Source: Neocallimastix sp. 'constans' (Eukaryota). Taken from it: 64,000 nucleotides of DNA. The stretch spans positions 310,001-374,000 of the forward strand of contig JBODTK010000131.1 in the NCBI GenBank assembly GCA_050613775.1, in the 5' to 3' direction. A program made the position numbers and the translations under genes. Below, in pieces: positions 1 to 11,433 of the stretch. The notes below the pieces were generated by a model. The model did no database searches, had not been told where the DNA came from, and saw nothing but the letters and a program-made list of their open reading frames with translations. Every line of letters starts with the position of its first letter. Position 1 is the first letter of the stretch.

Positions 1-1841
1 AAAAAAAAAAAAAAAACTAATAAAACATAAATAATATATTTTATATTAAAACAGAGTTCTTTTATTCCTAAATTCACTTGTAACTTCTTTTTTTTTTTTT
101 TTTTTTTATAAAGAAGTCCAATTTTGCTTAATTTTTCTAATTTTTATAATTTTCTATTTATGTTTTTTTTTCTCTTATTTAAAAATAACTTAATCTATTT
201 AATTAATCCATATATTATTTAAAAAAAAATTATATATAAAATATAATTTATAATATATAAAAATACAACTTAATAATATAAATTTAATATATCAATATAA
301 TATATAAATAATATAATTTTTAATAATTATTAATACATTGCTAAATACAAAAAGTGTACATTTTGTATTTACTTTTTTGAAATATTTCTTAATATTTTTG
401 TTTAATTCTTTATTTATTATTTAATTATTTATAGTTATAAAAAGCAATTAAAAAATTAATTGATATAAAATGAAATATTCAAACCTTAATAAATATAAAA
501 TTAGTTTTTATTATTCAAACATAAATTAATGTCATAAATCAAATTTAAATTTAATGATTTTATAACAATTTCAATATGTGGCTTGATTTCTATATATTAA
601 TTATATTTATAATTAATAATAAATTTTATAGCATAAATCAATGTTTTAATTATATTCTTATTATTTTATATTTATATTTATATAGTTTTTAAATATTTCC
701 TTAAATAATAATTATTAATAGTTTGTTCTAATCACAAGAACAATTAATTAAATAGTTAATTATAACTAAATAACATAAAAATAAAGCATTTCTCTGAATT
801 AAGAGAAGTGTCATCGTTGTTGTGTAAAAGTTAAGATTAAAATTTATATTATGTTAAGTTAGTTTGTAATTAAAAGTATAAGAAAGTTGTTAAATAGTCT
901 TTTTAATTATATGTAAATTTTATATGAAATTAAATAAATAAATAAATAAATAATAAATTAATAAATTTAATAAATAAATCCCAACAAAAGTACATCGAAC
1001 TTTTATTATAATATATTATATTATATTATAATATATTAATTTAAATTATTAAAAATGAAATAAAAAAAAAAATTAAATAATGATAAAGTACGCCTTTGGT
1101 TCAAGTTCTCTTGTTGGGAGAAGTTTTATAAAGTTGTTATTTAATTATAAAATTTATTTATTTATTTAAAAATAATTATAAAATTAATTAATACATGTAT
1201 TTAATATTTATCTTGAAAATATAAAATAATTATAATATAATTTTGGCATAAAACTGTGCTGCAAAGAATAGTTATAAAGAATTATTCTTGTTTTTATATT
1301 TGAAATTCATAATAAACTATTTAATTAATTAATTCTCTTAGAGTAACTATTAAGTATTTAAAGTATTTAATATAAAAGTATAAAATAAAATATAAAATAT
1401 TCATAAAATATTAATAAAAATATAAATTTATTATAATTAATAAAATATTAATATAAGATAATAATTATTAAAAATAATTAAAAATATAATAAAATAAAAT
1501 ATTTAAAATGAAATAAAATAAAACTTAATTCATTTATAAATTATTTACTAACATAAAATTTATGTTATAAATTTTATGTTTACATTAATTTTATGTATTT
1601 TATAGAATTTATGTTGTTACATAAATTTATCTTATATCATGTTATTTTTAGATCATTTTATAAATCCTATGATAATTAATCAAGTGATTAACTAATTTAT
1701 TTTTATGTAATTATTAATAAAATAATTTATTAATAATTAAGGTTTTTATTTCCATTTCATATCAATAATAAGAAATTAAATAAAAAAATTAAATTTTTTT
1801 TTTTTTTAGTTCCAAATTTTTTTTTTTTTAAATTTTTTTTT

Positions 1842-2729
1842 TGTTAGAATATGTGAAATAAACATGAAATATACGTTAAATGTATTGAAATGTATTTGTT
1901 ATATATGTAATGTATGAGCCACAATGTATTAATATAAAAACATGTAAATTTATTAAATTTAAATATTCGCAGCTCTTTATCATAAAATATATTAATAAAG
2001 TTGACATAATTATAAAACCCAAACTATTGACTCTTAACAGATTAAGAGTCTCATCGACTCTTAGAAAGGATTCTTTGGAATAGAAATCCTTAGCCGAATG
2101 TAATATTATGTCAAGGAAATAAATTGGAAACTAAAATAGCGTAAATCCTAACGAGTAGCTATAAACGTAATTGAAATAGCGTAAATCCTAACGAGTTGCT
2201 ATAAACATAATTAAATGGTGTAAAACCTAAAGAGTAGCCATAAATATAAACATTTATATAAAGATAGGATTGGTATAAAACCATAAGAGTATCCAACCTA
2301 CAATAAACATTAAATTTGAATTATATTAAAGGTTTAAACGTTTAACCACAAAAACGTAATAGTATTTAATAATATAAATTTTTTGAATAAAATAAATAAA
2401 AATATGCATTAAATGTTTAAAATTTCAATTAAGAAAATTTTATAAAAGAGAATAAAATTTTGTAAAAATTAAATTTTAAAATAATAGTAATTTACACATA
2501 TTCACCTATAAACCGAATTTTATCTTTTAGAAAAACTAGGTTTAGGGGGGAATGTTATAATATGTGAATATGAGATTAATGTAATAAAATGTAATGTAAT
2601 ATAAATAATGTATTAGCCATAATGTATTAATATAAAAGAATTTAATTTAGAAAAATTAAGTGCTAGTAACTCTTCATCATTAAATATATTAATAAAATTG
2701 ACATAATTATAAATTCATGACTCTTAACA
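1842..2729 (+). mobile_element. TRIM-like non-autonomous mini LTR retroelement (5' LTR 1842-2039, PBS 2040-2054, PPT 2544-2552, 3' LTR 2553-2729)
   Basis: Two related ~180-200 bp repeats start TGTTA and end GACTCTTAACA. GATTAAGAGTCTCAT directly follows the first, and the purine tract AGGGGGGAA directly precedes the second. No ORF. The LTRs are visibly diverged and the TSD is unclear (TTTTT/TATTT). Confidence 0.8.
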
Positions 2730-2769
2730 TATTTAATGTATTCAAATACATTAAATATGAAGATTTTAA

Positions 2770-3320
2770 TTATACAAGTTAATTATTTATTATTTAATTA
2801 TTTAATTATTATTTATTATTAATTATTTATTATAAATTATTTATTATTAATAATTTATTATTTATTATTTATTATTATTTATTATTTATTTATTTATTAT
2901 TTATTATATATTATTTATTTATTTATTATTTATTATATATTATTTATTTATTTATTATTTATTATTTATTTATTTATTATTTATTATATATTATTTATTA
3001 TATATTATTTATTTATTTATTTATTTATTTATTATTTATTATTTATTATTTATTATTTATTATTTATTATATATTATTTATTATTTATTATATATTATTT
3101 ATTATTTATTATATATTATTTATTATTTATTATATATTATTTATTTATTTATTATTTATTATTTATTATTTATTATTTATTATTTATTATATATTATTTA
3201 TTATTTATTATATATTATTTATTATTTATTATATATTATTTATTATTTATTATATATTATTTATTTATTTATTATTTATTATTTATTTATTTATTATTTA
3301 TTATTTATTATTTATAATAA
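2770..3320. repeat. AT-only minisatellite / low-complexity tract (TTATTTA / TTATATA units)
   Basis: About 550 bp of almost purely A/T degenerate tandem units. Confidence 0.9.
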
Positions 3321-3374
3321 AGAATTATAAAAATTTCATTAAACAAATACAAATTGTATACAAATTATTATATG

Positions 3375-3597
3375 TTTACGTTAAATTAAAATTATATTTT
3401 TATATTACAATGTAATATAATATATTAAAATATATTATATTTCTTAAAATATATTATTATTAAAACTTATATTATTCAATGTAAATAAAAAAGTGAACTT
3501 TTAAAAAAGAGAAAAAGTTACAATGACTAATTAATTAACTAATAAAATAAAAAGTTATATTTTTTTTTAATCAAATAATACTTTAAATTATTTTTAT
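3375..3597 (+). repeat. Dispersed repeat, second copy at ~60305-60592
   Basis: Colinear shared blocks TTTACGTTAAA...TTTTATATTACAAT...AAAATATATTATATTTCT...TGTAAATAAA...AAAAGTTACAA.GACTAATTAATTAA...ATACTTTAAATTATTTT occur at both loci. Confidence 0.75.
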
Positions 3598-3831
3598 TAT
3601 GGTTTTAATGTATTAACAAAAATAAAATAAATAAAAAATTAAAATATTTATTTTTGTATTTTTGTTAAAATTTGTTTTATTCTTTTTTTTTTTTTTTTTT
3701 TTGTATTAATTATTAAAAAATAAATAATCAAAAATTATTTATTATTATTATTCTTTAAAAGTTGTTAAAATATTTCCTTTCTTTTTAAAAAATAAGAATT
3801 AAAGGCAACTTTAGAATACTTAAAATTTATT

Positions 3832-4267
3832 ATTTTTTTTTTTTTTTTTTTTTTTTTATAGACTGAAGACTTTGGTCTTCCCCATATAGTAATATGGGTG
3901 TATGATTAACTGCCATACCGGTACGGCGTCGACGCTCTCAACTCCCCATAAGCAAAGAAACTCCATATAGAAGCACCCTACGCGATCCTCGAGGGAAAGC
4001 AGAGCCAACTATAGGTGGCGTCCTTGCCATCCCAGAGGAGCTGGACACTGTAAATCCTCTCAGACAAGGCTTACGCAATGGGATTCTTATAGTGTTAGAA
4101 ATATAGAAAACATAGAAAGTATACCTACCTGAGTATCGTTTAACCCCTAACCTTTCACGCAAAATCCAAAGGGAAAAATCGTGAAGATATGATACTTGTG
4201 GGGGTCGATCCAGAGACCTTTGGTATGATAAGCCAACGACTTAACAACCCAGGGTAAGAACTGGATG
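3832..4267 (-). mobile_element. tRNA-headed SINE with poly(A) tail and 14-bp target-site duplication
   Basis: GC-rich island. ACTTAAAATTTATT flanks both sides (3818-3831 and 4268-4281). The T25 run at 3833-3857 is a poly(A) tail on the minus strand. The minus-strand 5' end has a TTGG..CCAA stem-loop and a B-box-like GGATCGACCC. Confidence 0.85.
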
Positions 4268-5254
4268 ACTTAAAATTTATTGTAAGAAACTCAAATAAAA
4301 AGAAATTTTTTTATAAGAGTTTATTTTTTATATTGATTGAGTTTATTATTAAAAAAAAATAAAGAAAAATACTTATATTTAAATAAACGAAAATTAGAAA
4401 AAGTAGAAGACTCGTATATAAAAATAAGTTTTTAAAACACAAAATTTTATTAAAAAAAAAATTTTAAACTTTAAATTTTAGGTTATTATTATTTTTAATA
4501 TTTATCTTTATTAATATTTTTAATAATAATAACTCTTGATTTCTGAAAAAACAGAAATCAATCGTTATTTTATACTTTTTTATTTATTAATTAATCTTAT
4601 TTTATATTTATTTATTATTATTATTTTTTTTTTTTATCATGTGTCTGTTTAATTAATTAATTATTATTATTTATTTTTCATGTGTTTATTTAATTAATAA
4701 TTATTTAATATAATATATTAATTATTTCTTAATTAAGCTATTGTTTGCTAGTCAGCTGTTGTATCTTCAGGAAAAGACTAGCAGAAAAACCTGAAGATTT
4801 TCTTAATTGTATTAAATTAGAACGAATTATTTCAAAGAAATTTATTATTTAATTTAATTTAATTATTATTTAATATTATTGTGAAAATAATTTTAGAATA
4901 TTAAATATTAATTTTAATTTATTTATTATTTAATATTATTGTGGAAATCATTTAGAAGAATTTTAAATTTTAAACATAATTGTATTTGTGAAAATTCTAT
5001 TATTATTTTTTAATATTTAATATTATTATACTTACGTATTTTAATTTTTTAATTAATAAAATTTATATTTAGATTAATTTGTAATTAATAAAATTTATAT
5101 TTAGACTAAAAAATATAGAAAATATTTCTATATTTCTTACATTTATTATAAATTTAAACAAATATAAATTTTTGTAGCAATCGTTCGTCCCAGTCGTTGC
5201 TATATTAAAAATTTTTTCTTGTGTTCACTTAAAATTTTGGTTTATATTTTATTA

Positions 5255-5289
<35 letters not shown>

Positions 5290-5291
<2 letters not shown>

Positions 5292-5430
5292 AATTGTACT
5301 TCCAAAAATACTAATGGATATTCAAGAATAAGCCCAATCTAGACTTGCACATCATGGGTACTATGCCGAGGATTAAAACCCCGCTCTCTACAGTAACCTG
5401 TATCGTCCTAACCGACTGGACCAACAAGGC
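5290..5430 (-). pseudogene. Degenerate tRNA-like sequence (tRNA pseudogene or SINE head)
   Basis: Minus strand reads GCCTTGT TG GTCC AGTCGGTTA GGAC (D-arm with A-box), then a TACAG/CTGTA stem, then CGGGG TTTTAAT CCTCG (T-arm with degenerate B-box). The acceptor stem is broken and a long T run lies downstream. Confidence 0.6.
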
Positions 5431-7092
5431 TCCAAGAATAATAAATAGTAAATTATAGTAATTCTTGAGATCCAGATATGAAAATAAATATTAGTTTTTA
5501 GGAATAAATGTTAGTTTTCATTTTAAATAATGATAAATAAATGTAATTCTTCTAAATAAATAAAATTTAAATAAAAATAATTTTTATAAAACATATAAAT
5601 TATATCCCCTAAATTTAAAAGAACCGAAACTGAACTTCTTTACTTTATCATAATTTTGATGGATGGATTAAATAATTAATTTTTTTTTTTTTGAATTTCA
5701 TTTTAAAATAATTATTATTATTATTATTATTATTTAATAATTTTTTTTATAATTAAAATATTTAAATATTTTTTTTAAAAAAATAAATTTAATATTTTTG
5801 TAATTTTTTTTTTATTTTTTATTTTATATTATTTTAATTTCATTTAATTTTTTTTATATAGTATTTTAATTTTTTTATTTTTATTTTTTATAGTCATTCC
5901 TTTTCGTTTAAATATTATATAAATATTTTTTTATTAATTAATTAATTAATTAATTAATTATTTATTTATTTATTATAAATTTTTTTTATTTATAGATGAT
6001 AAACAGAATCATATATTTATTAATATTATAATGTTATTCTAAAGTTATAGTTAAATTCTAACTTTTAAGAAAGAATTTATTTTACAACTTTTATTATGAT
6101 AAAAATTATTATAAAGAAAGTTTTGTTTAATATTTTTTTTATTATAAAAATAAATGATTAAATTTTACATAAAAATTTATTTTATAAATAATTACACAAA
6201 AATTATTTATTATTTGAAGATGTTTAAATTTTCAATATTGTTAACTTAAAAAAATATTAATTATTTTATTATTTTTTATTATTTTTTATTTTTTTTTTTA
6301 ATATCATTTCATTCTCTTTTCACTTGACTAATTTATTTTCTTCTCTTTCCTAAAAAAGTTCCCATCTAAAATGTTCATTTTAATATTTTTCTTTTTTTTT
6401 TTTTATGGAATTATTTTTTCTTTTTATGATTCATAGAGTTCATAACTTTATTTAATATATTTTTTAATACTATAAGATAACAAAAATATAAAATAATATA
6501 TAATAAGGTTTAAAGATAATATATTATACTAATTTAGAATAATTAAACCATAATTTTAATATAACTTTAAAGAATATAAAAATACAATTTAATACAACTT
6601 TTCTAATACATTAATTTGATACATTTGTATTGATTTTCTTTGTTTTACATTTTTTTTATTAAAATTTATTTAATATCTTGAAAATTCTTTTATCCATAGA
6701 CGTAAAAAGAAATAAAAAGAATTTAAAATAAAAATAATTTATTAAATAGGTAAATAATATTGTAATATATAATATAATATATTATAATATATAATAATAT
6801 ATTATATATTTATTGATTTAATTTAAATAATAAAAAAAAATAAATAAAATAAAAAAATAAAAAATGGAAATAAAAAAAAAATAAAAAATGGAACTAAAAA
6901 AAAATTTTTATTAAATATAAAAAGATATATAAAAAGATAAAATAAATAAAAAAAATAAATTTAAATAAACAATTAAAAATATAAAAAAAATTAAATAAAT
7001 AAAAATTAATATTTTATAGTATTTCATTTTTTGGAAGGAAATTTTTTAAGAAAAATATTATTGAATTAAAATAGAAGAAATATTTAAAAATT

Positions 7093-8982
7093 ATGGATTC
7101 ATTTATTTATAAAAGTAAAGAAGATTTGAAAAGAGAACTTAATAGGGAAATTATAAATCGCAAAACTGTAAAAGTAAAAAAAATTTTAGATTATGCCACA
7201 GAAAATAAAATTATTTTGGAATTAAATGAAAAAGATGAAGATGGAAAGTTTCCACTGTTACGTGCAACAATTGATAATAATATTGAAATGATTAAATTAT
7301 TAATAGATTATGCTAATAAAAATAATATTATTTTGGCATTAAATGAAAAAGATAAAGATGGAAATTATCCATTTTTAGAAGCCATGTATTATTATAATAA
7401 TATCGAATTTGTTAAATTATTAATTGATTATGCCAATAAAAATAAAATTATTTTGGAATTAAATGAAAAAAATAAAGATGGATGGTATCCACTATTAAGT
7501 ACTATTTTTACAATTAATATGTATTATTATAATAATATTGAAATAATTCAATTATTAATAGAATATGCAAATAAAAATAGAATTATTTTGGAAATAAATG
7601 AAAAAAATGAAGATGGAGACTATCCACTTTTAGAAGCAATTTCTGGAAATAATATTAAAATAGTTCAATTATTAATTGACTATGCCAATAAAAATAAAAT
7701 TATTTTGGAATTAAATAAAAAAAATTATTATGGATTTACCTCAATATTTATGGCAATACATAATAATAATATAGAAATGTTTAAATTGTTGGTGAAATAT
7801 TCCATAGAAAAAGGAATAAAATTAATAATTGATGAAAATGATATTGAAAAAGTGATTTCAGAAAAAAAATATTCATTTTGTAAATTAAATAATATTTCAG
7901 AAATTAATTATAAATTTATAGAATTAATCTATTTTTGTAAGAATAAAAATATAATTGAAGTATTATTCAGTGAAAACAGTTACTTTTTGAAAAGATTTAA
8001 TGAAATCAACGAAGATAAATTAATAGAAAAAGAAAGTAAGAATTATGAAATACTTGAAATCGAAAATGAGTTAATGAAAATAAAAATGAAAAAAGAAATA
8101 AAGGAAAACGAAAAAAAGGAAAAAGAAAAAATAAGAAAAGACTTAGAATTACTGAGAGAAGAATTGGAAAAAGAAAAAAAGGAAAAAGAAAAAATGAAAA
8201 TAGAATTACTGAGAGTAGAATTGGAAAAAGAAAAAAAGGAAAAAGAAAAATTGAAAAATGAATTACTGAGAGTAGAATTGGAAGAAGAAAGAAAGGAAAA
8301 AGAAAAAATAAAAAAAGACTTAGAATTACTGAGAGTAGAATTGGAAGAAGAAAAAAAAGAAAAAGAAAAAATGAGAAAAGACAATGAATTAATGAAAATA
8401 GAAATGGAAGAAGGCTTTAAGGAGAAAGAAAAAATAGAGAAAAAATATGAATTAATGAAAATAGAAATGGAAGAAGCCTTTAAGGAGAAAGAAAAAATAG
8501 AGAAAAAATATGAATTAATGAAAGTAGATATGGAAGAAGAAAAAAAGGAAAAAGAAAAAATAAGAAAAGACAATGAATTAATGAAAATAGAAATGGAAGA
8601 AGGCTTTAAGGAGAAAGAAAAAATAGAGAAAAAATATGAATTAATGAAAATAGAAATGGAAGAAGAAAAAAAAGAAAAAGAAATAATAAGAAAAGACAAT
8701 GAATTAATGAAAATATATTTGGAAAAGCAAAGACAGATAAAAAAGAAAAAAGAAAATAAAAAATTGAAAAAGAAGAATTATCTAGAGAAAAAAAATAAAA
8801 GTAAAAAAGATTATAATGAGACCTTAATAACCTATGAATGTAAACAAGGTAATAATGAAGAAGTTAAAAAATTGATTCATTATGGAATGGATATCAATAA
8901 GAAAAATAAAGATGGAGACACACCATTATTTATTGCGTGTAAAAATGGAAATATAGAATTAGTAAAATATTTATTAAGTTAA
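7093..8982 (+). CDS. Ankyrin-repeat / coiled-coil protein (5 long ANK repeats, expanded coiled coil, 2 C-terminal ANK)
   Basis: 629-aa ORF with G.YPLL.A...NNIE.VKLLIDY repeats, E/K-rich 21-aa repeats and C-terminal GDTPLFIACKNGNIELVKYLL. Confidence 0.9.
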   Translation: MDSFIYKSKEDLKRELNREIINRKTVKVKKILDYATENKIILELNEKDEDGKFPLLRATIDNNIEMIKLLIDYANKNNIILALNEKDKDGNYPFLEAMYYYNNIEFVKLLIDYANKNKIILELNEKNKDGWYPLLSTIFTINMYYYNNIEIIQLLIEYANKNRIILEINEKNEDGDYPLLEAISGNNIKIVQLLIDYANKNKIILELNKKNYYGFTSIFMAIHNNNIEMFKLLVKYSIEKGIKLIIDENDIEKVISEKKYSFCKLNNISEINYKFIELIYFCKNKNIIEVLFSENSYFLKRFNEINEDKLIEKESKNYEILEIENELMKIKMKKEIKENEKKEKEKIRKDLELLREELEKEKKEKEKMKIELLRVELEKEKKEKEKLKNELLRVELEEERKEKEKIKKDLELLRVELEEEKKEKEKMRKDNELMKIEMEEGFKEKEKIEKKYELMKIEMEEAFKEKEKIEKKYELMKVDMEEEKKEKEKIRKDNELMKIEMEEGFKEKEKIEKKYELMKIEMEEEKKEKEIIRKDNELMKIYLEKQRQIKKKKENKKLKKKNYLEKKNKSKKDYNETLITYECKQGNNEEVKKLIHYGMDINKKNKDGDTPLFIACKNGNIELVKYLLS

Positions 8983-9179
8983 AAATAAGTAAAAGAAAAA
9001 GTTAAAATTTCATAAAATCCTTTTCTCTCCCTTCTTTTTATAATAAACAAATTTTTATTTTGTAAATAATTATAAAAAAAAAAAGAAAAACAAATTTGAA
9101 ATTATTTTTTATTTTTCAACATAATCTACCTCAAAATTTTTTACAACAATAATAAAGAAAATATATTGATTTTATAAAG

Positions 9180-9211
<32 letters not shown>

Positions 9212-9305
9212 CAAGAATAAAATTAAATTTGAAAAAATATAAAATTAGAATAAAAAAATAAAAAATAAAATTATATTTATATATATATATATATATTTTT
9301 TTTAA

Positions 9306-9355
<50 letters not shown>

Positions 9356-9449
9356 TATTATTTTGTTTTATTTTATTTTATTTTAATTTCATTTAATTTT
9401 TTTATATTATTTTATTTTATTTTTTTATTTTTATAGTCATTCCTTTCAT

Positions 9450-9780
9450 CTAGTCTTAGAAGATTGCCAAAAAATATTGCCCATGTTGTGGTGTTGTGTT
9501 AGTGTACTTAGCTTTTCTCACTGGATCTTTGCCCTTAAAGAATTGGAAACTTTACAGAAATAAATCTTTACCATTTCTAGATGATCTCTTTTTTGAACTT
9601 TGTAATGATAATTGAACAAAAATCCTAGGTTGTTTCTTTTGATTCAGACAAGGATTATGATAATAATAATAATATTATTTATTATTTTATATTGAGTGCT
9701 CTTCTTGACGGTCGTTCAATATATGACAAAATTAATGTTAATGATGGGGAACAAGGACAATTAGTGAATAATAATATTTT
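9450..9780 (+). mobile_element. LINE ORF2 C-terminal fragment (zinc-knuckle region)
   Basis: Colinear with 14424-14730. Encodes a degenerate CPCCG...FSHWIFA motif. Confidence 0.7.
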
Positions 9781-9882
9781 TTAAATATTATTTATTATAT
9801 AAGTTATAAATAAGTAAAAGAAAAAGTTATCCTAAATTCATAAAATCCTTTTCTCTCCCTTCTATTCATAATAGGTATATTT

Positions 9883-10873
9883 ATGAATTCATTTATTTAT
9901 AAAAATAAAGAAGACCTGAAAAGGAAACTTTATGATGGAATTATAAATCGTAATATTCAAAAAGGAAAAAAAAATATTTTAGATTATGTTATAGAAAATA
10001 AAATTATTTTGGAATTAAATGAAAAAGATAAATATGGATGTTCCCAATATTTGTGGCAATGCAATGGAATAATAATTGAAATGTTTGAATTGTTGGTGAA
10101 ATATTCCATAGAAAAAGGAAAAAAAAAAAATTAATAATTGATGAAAATGATATTGAGGAAATTATTTCGGAAAAAAAACCGCTTTGTAAATTAAAGAATA
10201 TCTCAAAAATTAATTCTAAATTTATCGAATTAATCAATTTTTTTGTAAAAATAAAAATATAATTGAAGTAATAATCAGCAGAAACAGTTACTTTTTGAAA
10301 ATATTTAATGAATTTAATGAAAATAAAGGAATAGAAAATAAAAGTAAGCATTATAAAGTATTAGAAATCGAATATGAATTAATGAAAAAAGAATTGGAAA
10401 AAAAAAAAAAAAGAGAAAGAAAAAATAAAAAAAGGCAATGAATTAATGAAAATAGAATTGAAGGAAGAAAAAAATAAAAAAGAAAAAATAAGAAAAAACA
10501 ATGAATTAATGAAAAAAAATGGAAAAAGGCTTTAATGAAAAAGAAAAAAAAGAGAAAAAAATATGAATTAATGAAAATAGAATTGGAAAAAGAGAAAATG
10601 AAAATAAAATTGGAAAAGGAAAAAATGAAAAAGAGTTATAAATTAATAAGAATAAAATTGGAAAAGATGAATTATATAATGGGAAAGAAAAATAATAAAA
10701 GAGATGATAATGAGACCTTATTAACCTATGAATGTAAACAAGGTAATATTAAAGAAGTTAAAAAAAAAAATTAATACTTTGTGCAATGGATATCAATATG
10801 AAAAATAAAGATGGAGAAACACCGTTATTAATCGGTTGTAGAAATGGAAATATAGAATTAGTAAAATATATAT
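9883..10873 (+). pseudogene. Ankyrin/coiled-coil family pseudogene (repeat array collapsed to the terminal repeat)
   Basis: ORF pieces 9883-10134 and 10535-10774 match the family N- and C-termini, with multiple frameshifts and stops. Confidence 0.85.
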
Positions 10874-11150
10874 AAAGATATGTTTTTATTTTATATATAT
10901 ATTTTTTTTTTTGATAGAAAGAAATTTTATTAGAATATTTAAAATACATGACATATAAGCCTCAAATGTATTGAAACATATTGTAATATATAATATATAA
11001 GACACAATGAAATAATATAAGAAGCATTAAAATTAGTTATTATTCAATTATTTATTATTTATTATTTGTTAATATTATTATTTATTATTCAATTATTTAT
11101 TTTTTTAATTTTTTTTTTTTAGTTCCAAATTTATTTTTCAATTTTTCTAT

Positions 11151-11214
<64 letters not shown>

Positions 11215-11433
11215 ATTATAATTTTATAAAAAAAAAAATAAAAAACGGAACTAAAAAATTTTTTTTTAATTATTAATTTTAGTATAAAAGGAAAAGAAAA
11301 ATGTTTATGAAAAAAAAAAAAAAAAAATAAATAAATAAATAAATATAAAAAAAAATTAAACGTAAATTATAAATAATTTCATTTTTTGAAAGGAAATTCA
11401 TAAAAAAAAATTATTGAAATTAAATATTAAAAA

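Noticed and set aside
2134..2250. 40-bp periodic repeats resembling a mini CRISPR array
   Set aside because: No unique spacers, no cas genes, eukaryotic context, and located inside an LTR element.
3938..4162. 74-aa ORF
   Set aside because: Lies inside the SINE, starts at a non-ATG codon and has no recognisable motif.
8043..8699. 218-aa minus-strand F/S/I-rich ORF, and similar ones at 22137-22386, 25105-25355, 27314-27505, 30648-30962, 41710-41949 and 47717-47967
   Set aside because: Antisense shadows of the GAA/AAA-rich coiled-coil repeats.
10946..11035. Possible degenerate fragment of the TRIM LTR; also an LTR-like start at 59819
   Set aside because: Similarity is short and AT-rich, with no matching second terminus.
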